From: a virus
Length of the DNA: 64,000 nt
Strand: one strand, 5' to 3'
IMG/VR virus record: IMGVR_UViG_3300005613_000054
Span: 3,892 to 67,891 of that record
Every line of letters begins with the position of its first letter. Within the stretch, counting starts at the first letter, position 1. The notes beneath the pieces were generated by a model. That model did not search any database. It had not been told where the DNA came from and was given only the letters and a program-made list of their open reading frames with translations. Made by a program: the position numbers and the translations under genes. Below are positions 45,601-54,638 of the stretch, in pieces.

Positions 45601-46625
45601 CTACTCGTGGTATCGATGGTACAACTCCAAGAACATATGCAGTCAATACTCCTATTCAGAAGTATGAGGTTGCTGGTGTATCCTTGAGAAAAATCAATAC
45701 TACACACAATTTGGTCAATGCATCCAACACAATTGAAGATAAAGTCAACCTCGATCACTATCACGTCAAGATTACTGGGAATAAGAATTTTAACGCTAGT
45801 AAGCTTGCTGGCGGCACCAATGCTACCGCAACTGGAAACATCCAGTTCGATCGCATCGTTCCATCAATCAATCACACAACCCCTAACGGAACTAATATTG
45901 CTGCACAAGTAAGAACAGTTTCCGCTACCAGCGTTGATGGTACTGAAATCTCCTTCCAGGATAAAGGTTATGAATCAGTTTCTCTAGAAGGTGAAACTAA
46001 GTTCACTGATCCAAGAATGGTTGCTTCTAGGGTCAATGAGGAAAGCAAATTGCTTGCTCTACCTGGTGCTAAGTCGTTCACTTTTGAACTATCACTTTCT
46101 ACAACCAATAAAGACGTTTCTCCTGTAGTCAATGCATTTGAAAGTTTCATTGTAACAGAAAGTAACCGTACCAACAGTCCTATTGCTAACTATGTGACCG
46201 ACAGAAGATCCAATCTTTTGGTTCAGGATCCACACGACTTCTCTTATGTGACTAAGATTATCAGTCTAGAGAACCCTGCTACCTCTTTGAAAGTAATCTT
46301 TGACGCATTCAGACCTGCTGCTGCAGACATCCGTGTTCTATACCGCCTGTTCCGTGTCGATGGATCTGAAATCGATCGTGTATTTGAATTGATGCCTGGT
46401 TTCGATAACCTAGATAACAACGGACAGGTTATTAATCCTAAGAACAATAGCGGTAGATCTGATAGACAAGTTTCGGCAAGTCTAGAGAACCAGTTCCTAG
46501 AATACACATTCACAGGAAATAATCTACCACAGTTCAGTGCATATCAGATCAAGGTAGAATGCACAACCATTAACCAAGCACAGTCTCCACGGATCAAGAA
46601 CTTCCGTGGTATCGCACTAGCATAA
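39621..46625 (+). CDS. Large virion structural protein (DUF4815/VrlC-like)
   Basis: NLNVSPYYDDFD, VLFKPG.PVQARELTTLQ, APGADRL, RTFDESGDY, KRYTMRDIG, KFKSGFVVDNF, DPIAQSF. Confidence 0.88.
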   Translation: MPQNTNLNVSPYYDDFDPSKNYKRVLFKPGVPVQARELTTLQSILQDQIEKFGEHFFKEGSMVIPGSIAYDSNYYAVKIEPTFFGVDVENYTDKLIGLTIQGKTSGITAVVKQVLVRNRSTENATTLYIKYQKSSTENFSTDEFLDGENLVTLSDFTYGSTTISAGSDFATCFQSNATATGSAFGIDSGVYFARGEFIEVSSETIVLDQYDNTPSYRVGFFVNEQIITAVDDPTLYDNAQGFSNYTAPGADRLKISLSLIKKSLDDFQDENFIELFRVRNGEVKKIVQRTVYSEIAKELARRTFDESGDYYVDKFDLNTKESLNDRYSTFGVFFPEELTDQGNTPSKDLMEIQVGPGKAYVKGYEVETFGSTFLDVEKPRTTLSIEGAGIPFQAGNLVRVNNIYGSASVGLATTGSVDLRSERLGSDLDAATGQSIGRARVYDYKATNSGYVDQTSQFDLYLYDIQTDTEITLNQELALSAPALIEGKNSGARGYLRVQTGNILTLHQTSGDFIVDEAILVNGIENGRVITKVTEFDVSDIKSVRSEIGIVTFSADAVLEPKINYGGQGFVVSSSSGSPAISTITSTGPGWTVGIKSGDIVSYARTDVQGTIYNRVVTVVPTNQSLTIEAVEDVTDVATGSLPGFTAQVSGLQIVAPRLRNSQSGFLYAEFPNQNIESVDLTTSDVFIRREYRDRSTSAQSELDLPSLSGTDFVYAPFDEERYTVSYKDGTVEALTSDQFVLTNGAKGATISGLTKASETGVIAVTTQQKSKVTSKTKILNRAASITVTGSKYNYSGVSTAVNDGLTFNTAYGTRVQDSEISLNVPDVVNVHAVFESSTNAAPTVPKITLSSLNGPNSNNTDLIVGEILIGSESGASAMVLGKTGTTEIFYVAKNTENFIETEEVVFQESGVKGNISQIDLGDADILRNYSFDTGQRLEYYDFGRLIRNIGSQEPSGQLRVFFDHYTINSSDNGEIITTNSYPSYDQDVPSFNNIRNTDVIDFRPRVANYSGSLSPFEFESRNFGSSGQTVPNVIVSDENIVLDYNYYVGRRDRLFLNQDSTFTIVRGTPAEVPVLPDTIDDSFELARIDYRPYVYDVNADVTIDFRANKRYTMRDIGLLEDRLENLEYYTSLSLLETKTEGLVIQDPDTGLDKFKSGFVVDNFSTFDVADKSVPILKYDIRDEEMVARTYFDDIDLLVGSESLIGTNGTPDLSVDVRYATDLGSPNIKKGKNLVTLNYAQVEQGTQTFASRVVNINPFDVVTWRGRMSLNPETDVWVERRFNTVNGGWGSTQVISTATAIPNMRAQNIEFVATRLKPGTEFYSFFSRTDMSDNRSLTVPKLLEVTPVQGAFQIGETVVGRLLNNQNTTSNPEIRFRLAAPDHKDGPYDAPTFKYANNPYSNVGLSSFYSETTEVLNIDTGSLNQKSDERFFGYVVKDMRLVGETSNAEAIVKEVRLVSDNNGVLVGSVNIPGSNPTFANGTNNLEVSAEKTPNTTPGVVVSGADANFFSQGTIITQTTIIRRARPAPPPPRFIDPIAQSFFVEENPGCFFTSVDCYFYSKSATIPVELRIVTVENGVPTQNLVPGASVVLDPGSVNVSDDASAATTFTFDDVVYCPTGEYAFVLLADTDAYNVWISRVGEEDISTKDLPEIQKIIINKQPSLGSLFKSQNASTWTASQLEDLKFVARKAEFTLDSGTFRFYNPELQTYNTRNKLETNAIEVFSKKTTIGLSSAITAEGIVVGSQIRQDNVSASGFVESLRGAIGLANTGLNLTNAGVGYSNSTYNDVSFTTLTGSGSGAAGIVTVTGGTIDNVCVTNSGFGYAVGDTLTATLGSNTLGANLLFTVGVVTSINTFALTNVTGAPFNTSDQIQYVPTDGPGVGIGSTLFSIVPTTVTDNTDQFDGTYFKVNQANHGMHADNNLVKIEGASGDTVPTTIQVGYAVSSIENISIGNSTNFNMFEGAQVTNTNPGFALVGDEIIAYTGVGNNLLTGITTRGIDGTTPRTYAVNTPIQKYEVAGVSLRKINTTHNLVNASNTIEDKVNLDHYHVKITGNKNFNASKLAGGTNATATGNIQFDRIVPSINHTTPNGTNIAAQVRTVSATSVDGTEISFQDKGYESVSLEGETKFTDPRMVASRVNEESKLLALPGAKSFTFELSLSTTNKDVSPVVNAFESFIVTESNRTNSPIANYVTDRRSNLLVQDPHDFSYVTKIISLENPATSLKVIFDAFRPAAADIRVLYRLFRVDGSEIDRVFELMPGFDNLDNNGQVINPKNNSGRSDRQVSASLENQFLEYTFTGNNLPQFSAYQIKVECTTINQAQSPRIKNFRGIALA

Positions 46626-46655
46626 TGGCTTGGATGTTTGTTTACGAGTATTATT

Positions 46656-46847
46656 ATGAAAAGGGCAAAGGTAGAGGACCACTCCAATCTGGAAAGAGAT
46701 CTGGAAACGGGAGCGATCCTCAACGTCGATAAGACGGCATATGAACGATATCTTGCTGAAAAAGAAGTTAGATTACGTCAACAAAGAGAAATAGAAGAAC
46801 TAAGAGCAGAAATTGCGACACTTAAAGCAATGATGCTCAATAAATAA
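46656..46847 (+). CDS. Small conserved hypothetical protein (coiled-coil C-terminus)
   Basis: KVEDHSNLERD..TGAILN.D...Y; late promoter AATAAATA at 46839 in its 3' end. Confidence 0.75.
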   Translation: MKRAKVEDHSNLERDLETGAILNVDKTAYERYLAEKEVRLRQQREIEELRAEIATLKAMMLNK

Positions 46848-46867
46848 CAGTAAGATGGTATTAGGAA

Positions 46868-47209
46868 ATGACAGTTCCAACAGTAAACCTGGTAATTGAG
46901 CAGGCAACTGATTTTGCAAGAACCTTTTCTCTAAAAAGGTCTGATGGAGCTCCTTTGAATTTGACTAATTATACTTTCGATGCAAAGATGCGAAAGTGGA
47001 GCAATTCTGCTAATTCAATTAGTTTTGGTACTACATATAATTCTGATCCTACTCAGGGAAGACTAACTATTTCGATGGGTAGCTCTGTAACTGGTATTAT
47101 TACTGAAGGTCGATATAATTATGATATTGTTGTTACTAATACAGAATCTTCCGACATCAAAACAAAAGTTATTACTGGGCAGATCACTGTAAACTCGACC
47201 ATTTCTTAA
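46868..47209 (+). CDS. Conserved structural hypothetical protein
   Basis: NLVIEQATDF..TF...PLNLTNY...AKMRK...GRYNYDI...KVITG. Confidence 0.8.
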   Translation: MTVPTVNLVIEQATDFARTFSLKRSDGAPLNLTNYTFDAKMRKWSNSANSISFGTTYNSDPTQGRLTISMGSSVTGIITEGRYNYDIVVTNTESSDIKTKVITGQITVNSTIS

Positions 47210-47210
47210 A

Positions 47211-47585
47211 ATGCCAGACGATATTGTAGTTCAATTATCAGATGGTGGATTTTCAGCAGATCCAAACATTGGCAGTGATGTAGTAGTAGTTCAATCAACC
47301 GCAGGAGGAGATGTGGCAAATCTCGGAGATATTTTAGATGTTGATACATCAAATCTAGATTCTTCCACAAACAAATTTGTAATGATTTATGATTCAGTAA
47401 CACGTAAATATAAGTTTGTAAATCCAGATGATGTTCTTGATGCGTCTGCTGGAGTATCTACGGATAGATCTACTAATCCAGATCCATTACCTTTAGGTAT
47501 GACGGATCAAACTTTAGATTATCTTGAAGATGAATTAGACGTTAGGTTGGATAATAAGATTGATGTTGATGCTGGTACTTTTTGA
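47211..47585 (+). CDS. Hypothetical (fibre-associated) protein
   Basis: LGDILDVD...YDS...KYKFVNPD; C-terminal IDVDAGTF like the fibre's IDGGTF. Confidence 0.7.
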   Translation: MPDDIVVQLSDGGFSADPNIGSDVVVVQSTAGGDVANLGDILDVDTSNLDSSTNKFVMIYDSVTRKYKFVNPDDVLDASAGVSTDRSTNPDPLPLGMTDQTLDYLEDELDVRLDNKIDVDAGTF

Positions 47586-47635
47586 AGAACTCAAATTATT
47601 CTAAATATTTGAGTATGTAAAATTATACCACATCA

Positions 47636-50600
47636 ATGGCTGCTCCAGTAATTCAGTTTAAGCGGGGTCAATTTGCCAATCTACCAGGACTTCGTGCGGG
47701 CGAACCTGGTTTCACAACGGACAAATATGACCTCTACGTTGGTTTAAACTCAACATCCAACGGCAACAAATTCTTCGGTTCACACAGATATTGGACTAAA
47801 GAAACTACTACCGAAGGTTCTGCGGTAAGAATCGTAGAAGGTAGTGATAACGGCGAAAACTATATCGAACTAAAGGCACCTGCTGCTCTAGCAAGTAACC
47901 TAACCCTAACATTCCCAAATGAAATCGTTACAGATGGTTACCTTAAGGTAGCTGCTGACGGTACTCTAACTTGGGATGATACCCTAGACGCAACAAACGT
48001 CAACGCTACTGGTGTTGGTACAGTTGCATTTCTACAATCGACAACAGTTAACGTTTCCGCAGGCACTACTGTCGGTGGTGCTCTAGACGTAAATGGCGGC
48101 GCAGATATTTCTGGTGGTGAAACCACCCTTTCATCCGCAACAGTTTCTGACCTAACAGCAGGTCGTGTTCTTCTAGCGGGTACTTCTGGTGCCCTAGAAG
48201 ACAGCGCTAACTTGACCTTCGGTGCTAATGGTCTAACAGTTACCGGTGAGGCAACAGTCTCTGCTGGTATGACTGTAACCGGTGCTCTAAATGTAGACGG
48301 TACATCCACTTTCAATGATACCGTACAAGTCAGCGCTGGAAATTCAATTGGTATTGGTACAGACTCACCAGAAGGGTCGTTCTTGCATATTCACAGTGCA
48401 ACTGAAAGGACAATTAATGTTGACGGCGCTGCAGACTTAAGTAAGGCATTTATTAGACTTTCTGGAGAAGGTGGTGGTGGTCCCGGTGAAGGGATGAGCA
48501 GTCTATACCTTGATCCCAACCAAGTTATTACTGATGATGATACTCTACTCTTTGGCGTAACCCATGCTCCACAAGGACCAGGTTATGTTAGATCAATTAG
48601 ATTTGGTGGCGGAAACGGCGCAACCAATATTGATTATGATCAGATGTGGCTGAATACAGTCAACGGCACTCTTCACGTTGCTGGTATCGCTAGCGTAGGT
48701 GGTCTTGATGTTATTGGTGTTACTACTTCCACAGGTGGTTTTTCTGGTGATCTAACTGGTAACGTAACTGGTAACGTAACCGGTAACGTAACTTCGACCG
48801 GAAGCAACTCCTTCGGACAAGTATCTGTCTCGGGTGTAACAACCTCCACGGGCGGATTCGTTGGTGACCTAACTGGTAACGTAACTGGTGATCTAACTGG
48901 TGTTGCTTCCACAGCAACTAAACTAGAGACTGCTCGTAACTTCAGTGCTTCTGGCGATGCAACTGCTCCTGCAGTTTCCTTCGACGGTACAGGCAACGTT
49001 GACCTAGCACTAACCCTAGCGAACTCTGGTGTATCTGCTGCAACTTACGGTTCACAAACTGAAGTTCCAGTTATCACGGTTGACGCAAAAGGTCGCATCA
49101 CATCTGCTACCACCGCTGCCGTTGGTACTGCACTAACCGTAACTGGTGACTCTGGTTCTGAGCAGATTAATCTTCTAACCGAAGCACTATCGATCACTGG
49201 TGGTACAAACGTAACCACAAGTGCTGCTTCTAATGGTGTTGAAGTTGCTCTTGATGCAGACATTTCTGTAACAAGCGTCAACTCTTCCACAGTTAACGTT
49301 TCTGCTGGTGCTACTATTGGTGGTGCTGCTGATCTAAACGGTACTCTTGATGTTGCTGCTGAGGCAACTCTTGCTTCTGCTATCGTTTCTGACCTAACTA
49401 ATGGTCGTGTTGTTCTAGCGGGTACATCTGGTGCTATCGAAGATAGCGCTGACTTGACTTTCGGTGCTAACGGTCTAACAGTTGGTGGTCAACTAAGCGT
49501 TTCTGGTGTTACTACCTCCACAGGTGGTTTCGTTGGTGATCTAACTGGTAACGTAACCGGCAATGTAACCGGCAATGTAACTGGTGACCTAACTGGTAAC
49601 GTAACCGGCAATGTAACTGGTGATGTAACTGGTAACATCAACTCTACTGGTGTTTCCACGATTGCTCAACTAGAAGCATCGACAGTTAATGCAACTGGTA
49701 TCGTAAGTGCTACTTCCTTCGCAACTGGAGCCGAAGGCAGTGCTCTAATCGTAACCAGCAATAGCATTACTGGTCCTTCTTCCTTCTTCCTTGATCCTGC
49801 TGGTGTTGGCGACAACACAGGTCGCGTCATCATCAAAGGTGACCTACAGGTTGACGGTACTCAAACGATTGTTAATTCGACAACCGTTACTGTTGCCGAT
49901 AAGAACGTAATGCTTGCCGATGGCGCTGCGAATGATGCAGCTGCTGATGGCGGCGGTATCACAGTTCAGTCTGGCGACGGCAACAAGACCTTCCAGTTTG
50001 AAGCAACTGGTGATAACTTCGGTTCTTCCGAGAACATCAACCTAGCAACCGGCAAGGTCCTCAAGGTTAACAACACTGAGGTTCTAAGTGCAACTGCTCT
50101 AAGCAGCAGCGTTGTTGTTAATGTTGCTTCTCTAGACATCGATGGTGCTAGTGAAACAGCAGCACTTGCAGACGCAGACCTATTCGTCATTGACGACGGT
50201 GGTGCTGGTACAAACCAAAAACTAACTGCCGCAAACCTTAAGTCTTATGTCCTTGGTGGTGGTGCTGGCGCTACCTTTGAGGCAATCAAGGTAACGGGTA
50301 TTGCAACTCTAACTCAGACTCAGACCAACGACATCATTGTTTCTGCTGGTGCTACTGTAACCGGTGCTCTAGACGTTGATGGTGGTGCTGATATCAGCGG
50401 TGGTGAAACAACACTATCTTCTGCAACAGTTTCTGACCTAACAAACGGTCGTATCGTCCTAGCAGGTGCATCTGGTGCTCTTCAAGATAGTGCAAACCTA
50501 ACCTTCGGAGATAACGGTCTATTCACTGCTGGTGATGTAAATGTTTCCGGCATTGTAACCGCTTCTTCTGGTTTCGTTGGTGCTCTAACTGGTAATGTAA

Positions 50601-52558
50601 CTGGTGATGTAACCGGTGACGTAACTGGTGATCTAACTGGTGATGTTTCTGGTAACATCAGCGGTGCTGCTGGTACATTCTCTTCTTATGTACACGCTGC
50701 AGACTTCCGCGACACAGATGGTTCACTAGTTCCACTAGTTGGTGTTTCTTCTGCTTCTGCTCACACAGGTCTAGTTACCGCGTTCAAGTTCGTTGGTACT
50801 GGTCTTGAAGAGTACAAGGTTGAGAACGAAGTTGCAACCATCCGCGTTTCCGGTGTTGCTGCTTCTACCTACACCACTTCATCCACATTCACTGCAACTG
50901 ACGCTCAGACAACATTTACGTTTGTTCCTGGTTATACAGAAGGATTCGTTGATGTATACCTCAACGGTATTCGCCTAATTACGGGCACTGACTTCACTGC
51001 AAACGACGAATCTACCGTTGTTCTTGCTTCTGGTGCAACTGCTGGTGATGAAGTTGAAATCGTTTCCTTCAAGGAACTCGGCGACCTCATTCACGTTCAG
51101 TCGCTCAAGTCTGTTGATAACCTAACTGCTGGTATCGTAACAGCAACTTCGACAAACTTCAGCACACTAACTGCTGGAATCTCCACTATCGGCAACATGG
51201 TTGTCGGTACTGGTTCTACTGATGTTATCGTCAATGGCGACTTCCAGGCAACTGGTACTGTTAAGATTGGTGATTCCACAATCACACTTGATGGTAATAC
51301 CGACATCATCACTGCTGCTGGCGTCAACCTAAGCGGTGTTACTACTTCCACAGGTGGTTTCGTTGGTGATCTAACTGGTAACTCTGATAGCGCAACTCAA
51401 CTTCAGACTGCTCGCAACTTCTCCGCAAGTGGTGATGCAACCGCTTCTGCAGTTTCCTTCAACGGCACAGATGGTGTTGACCTAGCACTAACCCTAGCAA
51501 CCGTCAATAGCGACACTGGTTCTTTCGGTTCACAAACCCAGATTCCAGTCGTCACTGTTAACGCTAAGGGTCTTGTTACTGCAGTAACTACCGCAAGCGT
51601 TGGTACTGCACTAACGGTTTCTGGTGATACCGGTTCTGAGGATATCAACCTCCTAACTGAAACACTAACAATCAGCGGTGGTACAAACGTAACCACAAGT
51701 GCTTCTTCCAACTCTATTTCGGTTGATCTAGATTCCGACATTAGCCTAACAAGCGTCAACGCTACAACAGTTAACGTTTCCGCAGGCACTACTGTCGGTG
51801 GTGCTCTAGACGTAAACGGTGGTGCAGACATCTCCGGCGGCGAGACAACACTTTCTTCCGCTACAGTATCTGATCTAACCTCCGGTCGCGTCGTTCTCGC
51901 AGGTACTTCCGGTGCCCTAGAAGACAGCGCTAACCTAACCTTCAACGGCACAATCCTAAGTGCTCCTCAGGTAAGCGCTACAACGTCTGCTACGCTTGCT
52001 TCCGCAGCGATCTCCGATCTAACTGATGGTCGCATCGTTCTCGCTGGTGCAAGTGGCGAACTAGAAGACAGCGCTAACTTGACCTTCGGTGCTAACGGTC
52101 TAACCGTAACCGGTGGTTCGATTGTTTCTGCTGCTTCTACCTTCAGCGACAACCTAGACGTTGGTGGAAACGTAATCGTTACCGGTGATCTAACCGTCAA
52201 CGGTACGACCACCCAACTAAACACCACTCAAACAACTGTTGAAGACGTTCTTCTAGAACTCCAGGTTGTTGATGGTTCTGCTCCTGTTTCTGATACCAAC
52301 AAGGACGTTGGTATCGTCATGAACTACTTCAGTGGTTCTGCTAAGAAGGCAGCAGTATACTGGGACGACAGTGCAGCACGCTTCGCACTATCCGACGATG
52401 CTTCTGAAACCGGTGGTGTTCTAACCGCTTCTTCTTACAGTGGTCTAGAAATCGGTTCCTTGTTCTTGAACGACTGTGCTGGCGCTTCGCAGGTCATCTC
52501 CTGCAGCGGCACCACCCGCTCGCTAGAGAACATCAGCATCGACGGCGGTACATTCTGA
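47636..52558 (+). CDS. Long tail-fibre-like protein with internal repeats
   Basis: N-terminal IQFKRG..LP.L.AGEPGFTTD; (G[ND][VL]T)n runs; repeated SDLT.GRVVLAG.SGALEDSANLTF modules; late-like CTAAATA at 47601. Confidence 0.85.
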   Translation: MAAPVIQFKRGQFANLPGLRAGEPGFTTDKYDLYVGLNSTSNGNKFFGSHRYWTKETTTEGSAVRIVEGSDNGENYIELKAPAALASNLTLTFPNEIVTDGYLKVAADGTLTWDDTLDATNVNATGVGTVAFLQSTTVNVSAGTTVGGALDVNGGADISGGETTLSSATVSDLTAGRVLLAGTSGALEDSANLTFGANGLTVTGEATVSAGMTVTGALNVDGTSTFNDTVQVSAGNSIGIGTDSPEGSFLHIHSATERTINVDGAADLSKAFIRLSGEGGGGPGEGMSSLYLDPNQVITDDDTLLFGVTHAPQGPGYVRSIRFGGGNGATNIDYDQMWLNTVNGTLHVAGIASVGGLDVIGVTTSTGGFSGDLTGNVTGNVTGNVTSTGSNSFGQVSVSGVTTSTGGFVGDLTGNVTGDLTGVASTATKLETARNFSASGDATAPAVSFDGTGNVDLALTLANSGVSAATYGSQTEVPVITVDAKGRITSATTAAVGTALTVTGDSGSEQINLLTEALSITGGTNVTTSAASNGVEVALDADISVTSVNSSTVNVSAGATIGGAADLNGTLDVAAEATLASAIVSDLTNGRVVLAGTSGAIEDSADLTFGANGLTVGGQLSVSGVTTSTGGFVGDLTGNVTGNVTGNVTGDLTGNVTGNVTGDVTGNINSTGVSTIAQLEASTVNATGIVSATSFATGAEGSALIVTSNSITGPSSFFLDPAGVGDNTGRVIIKGDLQVDGTQTIVNSTTVTVADKNVMLADGAANDAAADGGGITVQSGDGNKTFQFEATGDNFGSSENINLATGKVLKVNNTEVLSATALSSSVVVNVASLDIDGASETAALADADLFVIDDGGAGTNQKLTAANLKSYVLGGGAGATFEAIKVTGIATLTQTQTNDIIVSAGATVTGALDVDGGADISGGETTLSSATVSDLTNGRIVLAGASGALQDSANLTFGDNGLFTAGDVNVSGIVTASSGFVGALTGNVTGDVTGDVTGDLTGDVSGNISGAAGTFSSYVHAADFRDTDGSLVPLVGVSSASAHTGLVTAFKFVGTGLEEYKVENEVATIRVSGVAASTYTTSSTFTATDAQTTFTFVPGYTEGFVDVYLNGIRLITGTDFTANDESTVVLASGATAGDEVEIVSFKELGDLIHVQSLKSVDNLTAGIVTATSTNFSTLTAGISTIGNMVVGTGSTDVIVNGDFQATGTVKIGDSTITLDGNTDIITAAGVNLSGVTTSTGGFVGDLTGNSDSATQLQTARNFSASGDATASAVSFNGTDGVDLALTLATVNSDTGSFGSQTQIPVVTVNAKGLVTAVTTASVGTALTVSGDTGSEDINLLTETLTISGGTNVTTSASSNSISVDLDSDISLTSVNATTVNVSAGTTVGGALDVNGGADISGGETTLSSATVSDLTSGRVVLAGTSGALEDSANLTFNGTILSAPQVSATTSATLASAAISDLTDGRIVLAGASGELEDSANLTFGANGLTVTGGSIVSAASTFSDNLDVGGNVIVTGDLTVNGTTTQLNTTQTTVEDVLLELQVVDGSAPVSDTNKDVGIVMNYFSGSAKKAAVYWDDSAARFALSDDASETGGVLTASSYSGLEIGSLFLNDCAGASQVISCSGTTRSLENISIDGGTF

Positions 52559-52576
52559 TAAGGTTCACTAAAACCT

Positions 52577-52613
52577 AATAAATAGGGGGGCAACAAACGC
52601 CCCCCTTTTTTTT
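52577..52613 (+). terminator. Late promoter AATAAATA adjoining an intrinsic terminator
   Basis: AATAAATA-GGGGGGC-AACAAAC-GCCCCCC-TTTTTTTT. Confidence 0.8.
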
Positions 52614-52856
52614 ATGAACGACCAACTGACTCTTGATGACGCAGCTGTTCTAATTCAAGTATATCAAAAACGTTTGACGGATGCTCAAGCACAATGTATT
52701 GCGCTTGAAGCAAGAACAATTAGACAGCAACAACAACTGAATGCTTCTGCTGAGGTTATAAATAATCTACAACAACAGTTGCAGAATACTGATCAAAAAA
52801 CCCAGACTGCTAAAAGGGTAAATACCAAAAAGGCAGTCGATAGTGGCGAATTTTGA
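52614..52856 (+). CDS. Small coiled-coil protein
   Basis: LIQVYQKRL...IALEAR...; Q-rich. Confidence 0.7.
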   Translation: MNDQLTLDDAAVLIQVYQKRLTDAQAQCIALEARTIRQQQQLNASAEVINNLQQQLQNTDQKTQTAKRVNTKKAVDSGEF

Positions 52857-52899
52857 TTAGGAAAATAACTGCTACATAGCAGATTTTTGTTCGTTTTAA

Positions 52900-53763
52900 A
52901 TGTCATCACCATTAATCAGAATTAAAAGGTCAGCAGTTGCTGGCAAGGTTCCTCACTATCCTTCGCAAATTGACCTAGGTGAATTTGCGATCAACACCGC
53001 TGACGGCAAAGTTTTTATTGCCGCAGGAACAGAAGGTGTTGGTGTAGGAACTACTGTAATTGAAGTAGGTATCTCGACAGAAAACCTACTTACAGGTATT
53101 GTAACATCTACCACGATTAATACCACTAATTTGACGGTTACGAACCAGATTAGTGGTATTTCTTCTGGTGCTGCAAAGGTTGAAACTGCGACGGATGCAG
53201 GTAATCAGTGGCATCATGTTGGTTTTCTAGATCATAGAACAGGATATCAAAAATTAAAAACAAATGGATTGACCTACAACCCAAGTACCGGAAAATTATA
53301 CGCTGGTATTGGTAGTTTTGGTACAATCACTGGTGCTCTAACAGGTAATGTTACTGGTAATGTTACTGGTAATGTAACGGGTGATGTAACTGGTAATATT
53401 AGTGGTGAAGTAACTGCTTCTCAACTATCTGTTACTGGTATTGCAACCATTTCTGGTTTAACTTTTCCATCTTCTGATGGTAATTTAAATCAAGTTCTTA
53501 CCACAAATGGAAATGGGATACTAAGTTTTGCTGATCAAAGTGGTGGTGGTTCAAAACCAACCGAAGAAACTTTTACTGCGACTGCAGGGCAGACAGTTTT
53601 TACTACTAGTTCTGGATTTGGAGATGCAAATTTCCTATTTGTATTTGTTAATGGTGTAAAAATGCGTTTAACTAGTGATTACAGTAAAAATTCAAGTAAT
53701 AATACGATCACATTTACCAGTGGACTGAATGTTGGTGATGAAGTAGATATCGTTATCACCTGA
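52900..53763 (+). CDS. Short fibre-like structural protein
   Basis: IRIKRSAVAGKVP...LGEFAINTADGK, GNVT repeats, FTATAGQTVF..VFVNGV C-terminus. Confidence 0.8.
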   Translation: MSSPLIRIKRSAVAGKVPHYPSQIDLGEFAINTADGKVFIAAGTEGVGVGTTVIEVGISTENLLTGIVTSTTINTTNLTVTNQISGISSGAAKVETATDAGNQWHHVGFLDHRTGYQKLKTNGLTYNPSTGKLYAGIGSFGTITGALTGNVTGNVTGNVTGDVTGNISGEVTASQLSVTGIATISGLTFPSSDGNLNQVLTTNGNGILSFADQSGGGSKPTEETFTATAGQTVFTTSSGFGDANFLFVFVNGVKMRLTSDYSKNSSNNTITFTSGLNVGDEVDIVIT

Positions 53764-53788
53764 TAAATAAAGAAAAGTAATTATAGAT

Positions 53789-54637
53789 ATGGCGAACCCT
53801 GCTTCCAGACAAGATCTAATCGATTACGCAAAAAGGCAGCTGGGTTATCCTGTATTGGAAATCAACCTTGCGGATGAGCAGATTGATGATCTGATGGATG
53901 ACGCTATTCAGGTATATCAAAACCGCCACATGGATGGTGTCGAGTTGATGTATCTGAAACATAAGATTACGCAGAACTTTATTGACGCCATTGAAGCAAG
54001 AGGTGATGATAAGACTATCGGCATCACCACCACTACTGCTACTGCTAACATCACAGGCATTGGTACAACGACATTTAGTTACGAAGAGAACCAGAACTTC
54101 ATTCAAGTTCCTGATTCAGTAATTGGTGTAGAAAAAATCTATAAGATTGATAATCGTGTTATTTCAACCACGATGTTCAACAACTTGAACTATCAATTCT
54201 TTATGAGTGACTTCTTCTACTTCACTGGGTTTGAGATGCTCACCTATGCGATGACTAGAAGTTATCTTGCTGATGTTGATTTTCTACTAAATCCATCTAA
54301 GCAAATTAGATATAACAGACGACAGAATAGACTATATCTTGATACGGATGCTCAAAGTTTGACTGCAGGAGATTATCTACTCATTCAATGCTATAGAGTT
54401 CTAAACCCGAATGACTTTACTAAAGTCTATAACGATCCATTTCTAAAGAGATACTTCACTGCTCTGATGAAGCGACAGTGGGGACAGAACCTGATCAAGT
54501 TCCGTGGGGTCAAACTACCTGGTGGTATTGAACTCAACGGTCGTGAGATCTATGAGGATGCTCAGCAAGAACTGAAAGAACTGACTGAGCGTATGCCTTG
54601 GGATTATGAACTTCCACCAATGGATATGATTGGCTGA
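53789..54637 (+). CDS. gp13: Neck protein gp13
   Basis: LIDYAKRQLGYPVLEIN, KRQWGQNLIKF.GVKLPGG.ELNG, PPMDMIG; late promoter GATAAATA at 53762. Confidence 0.95.
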   Translation: MANPASRQDLIDYAKRQLGYPVLEINLADEQIDDLMDDAIQVYQNRHMDGVELMYLKHKITQNFIDAIEARGDDKTIGITTTTATANITGIGTTTFSYEENQNFIQVPDSVIGVEKIYKIDNRVISTTMFNNLNYQFFMSDFFYFTGFEMLTYAMTRSYLADVDFLLNPSKQIRYNRRQNRLYLDTDAQSLTAGDYLLIQCYRVLNPNDFTKVYNDPFLKRYFTALMKRQWGQNLIKFRGVKLPGGIELNGREIYEDAQQELKELTERMPWDYELPPMDMIG

Positions 54638-54638
54638 T

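Noticed and set aside
48740-50660. 12-bp tandem repeats (ACTGGTAACGTA-like) as non-coding repeats
   Set aside because: They are in-frame codons for GNVT/GDLT fibre repeats.
47938-52227. Long minus-strand ORFs antisense to the fibre gene (and similar shadows over cobS, gp7 and the VrlC-like gene)
   Set aside because: Shadow ORFs arising from codon bias; no RBS, promoter or recognisable motifs.
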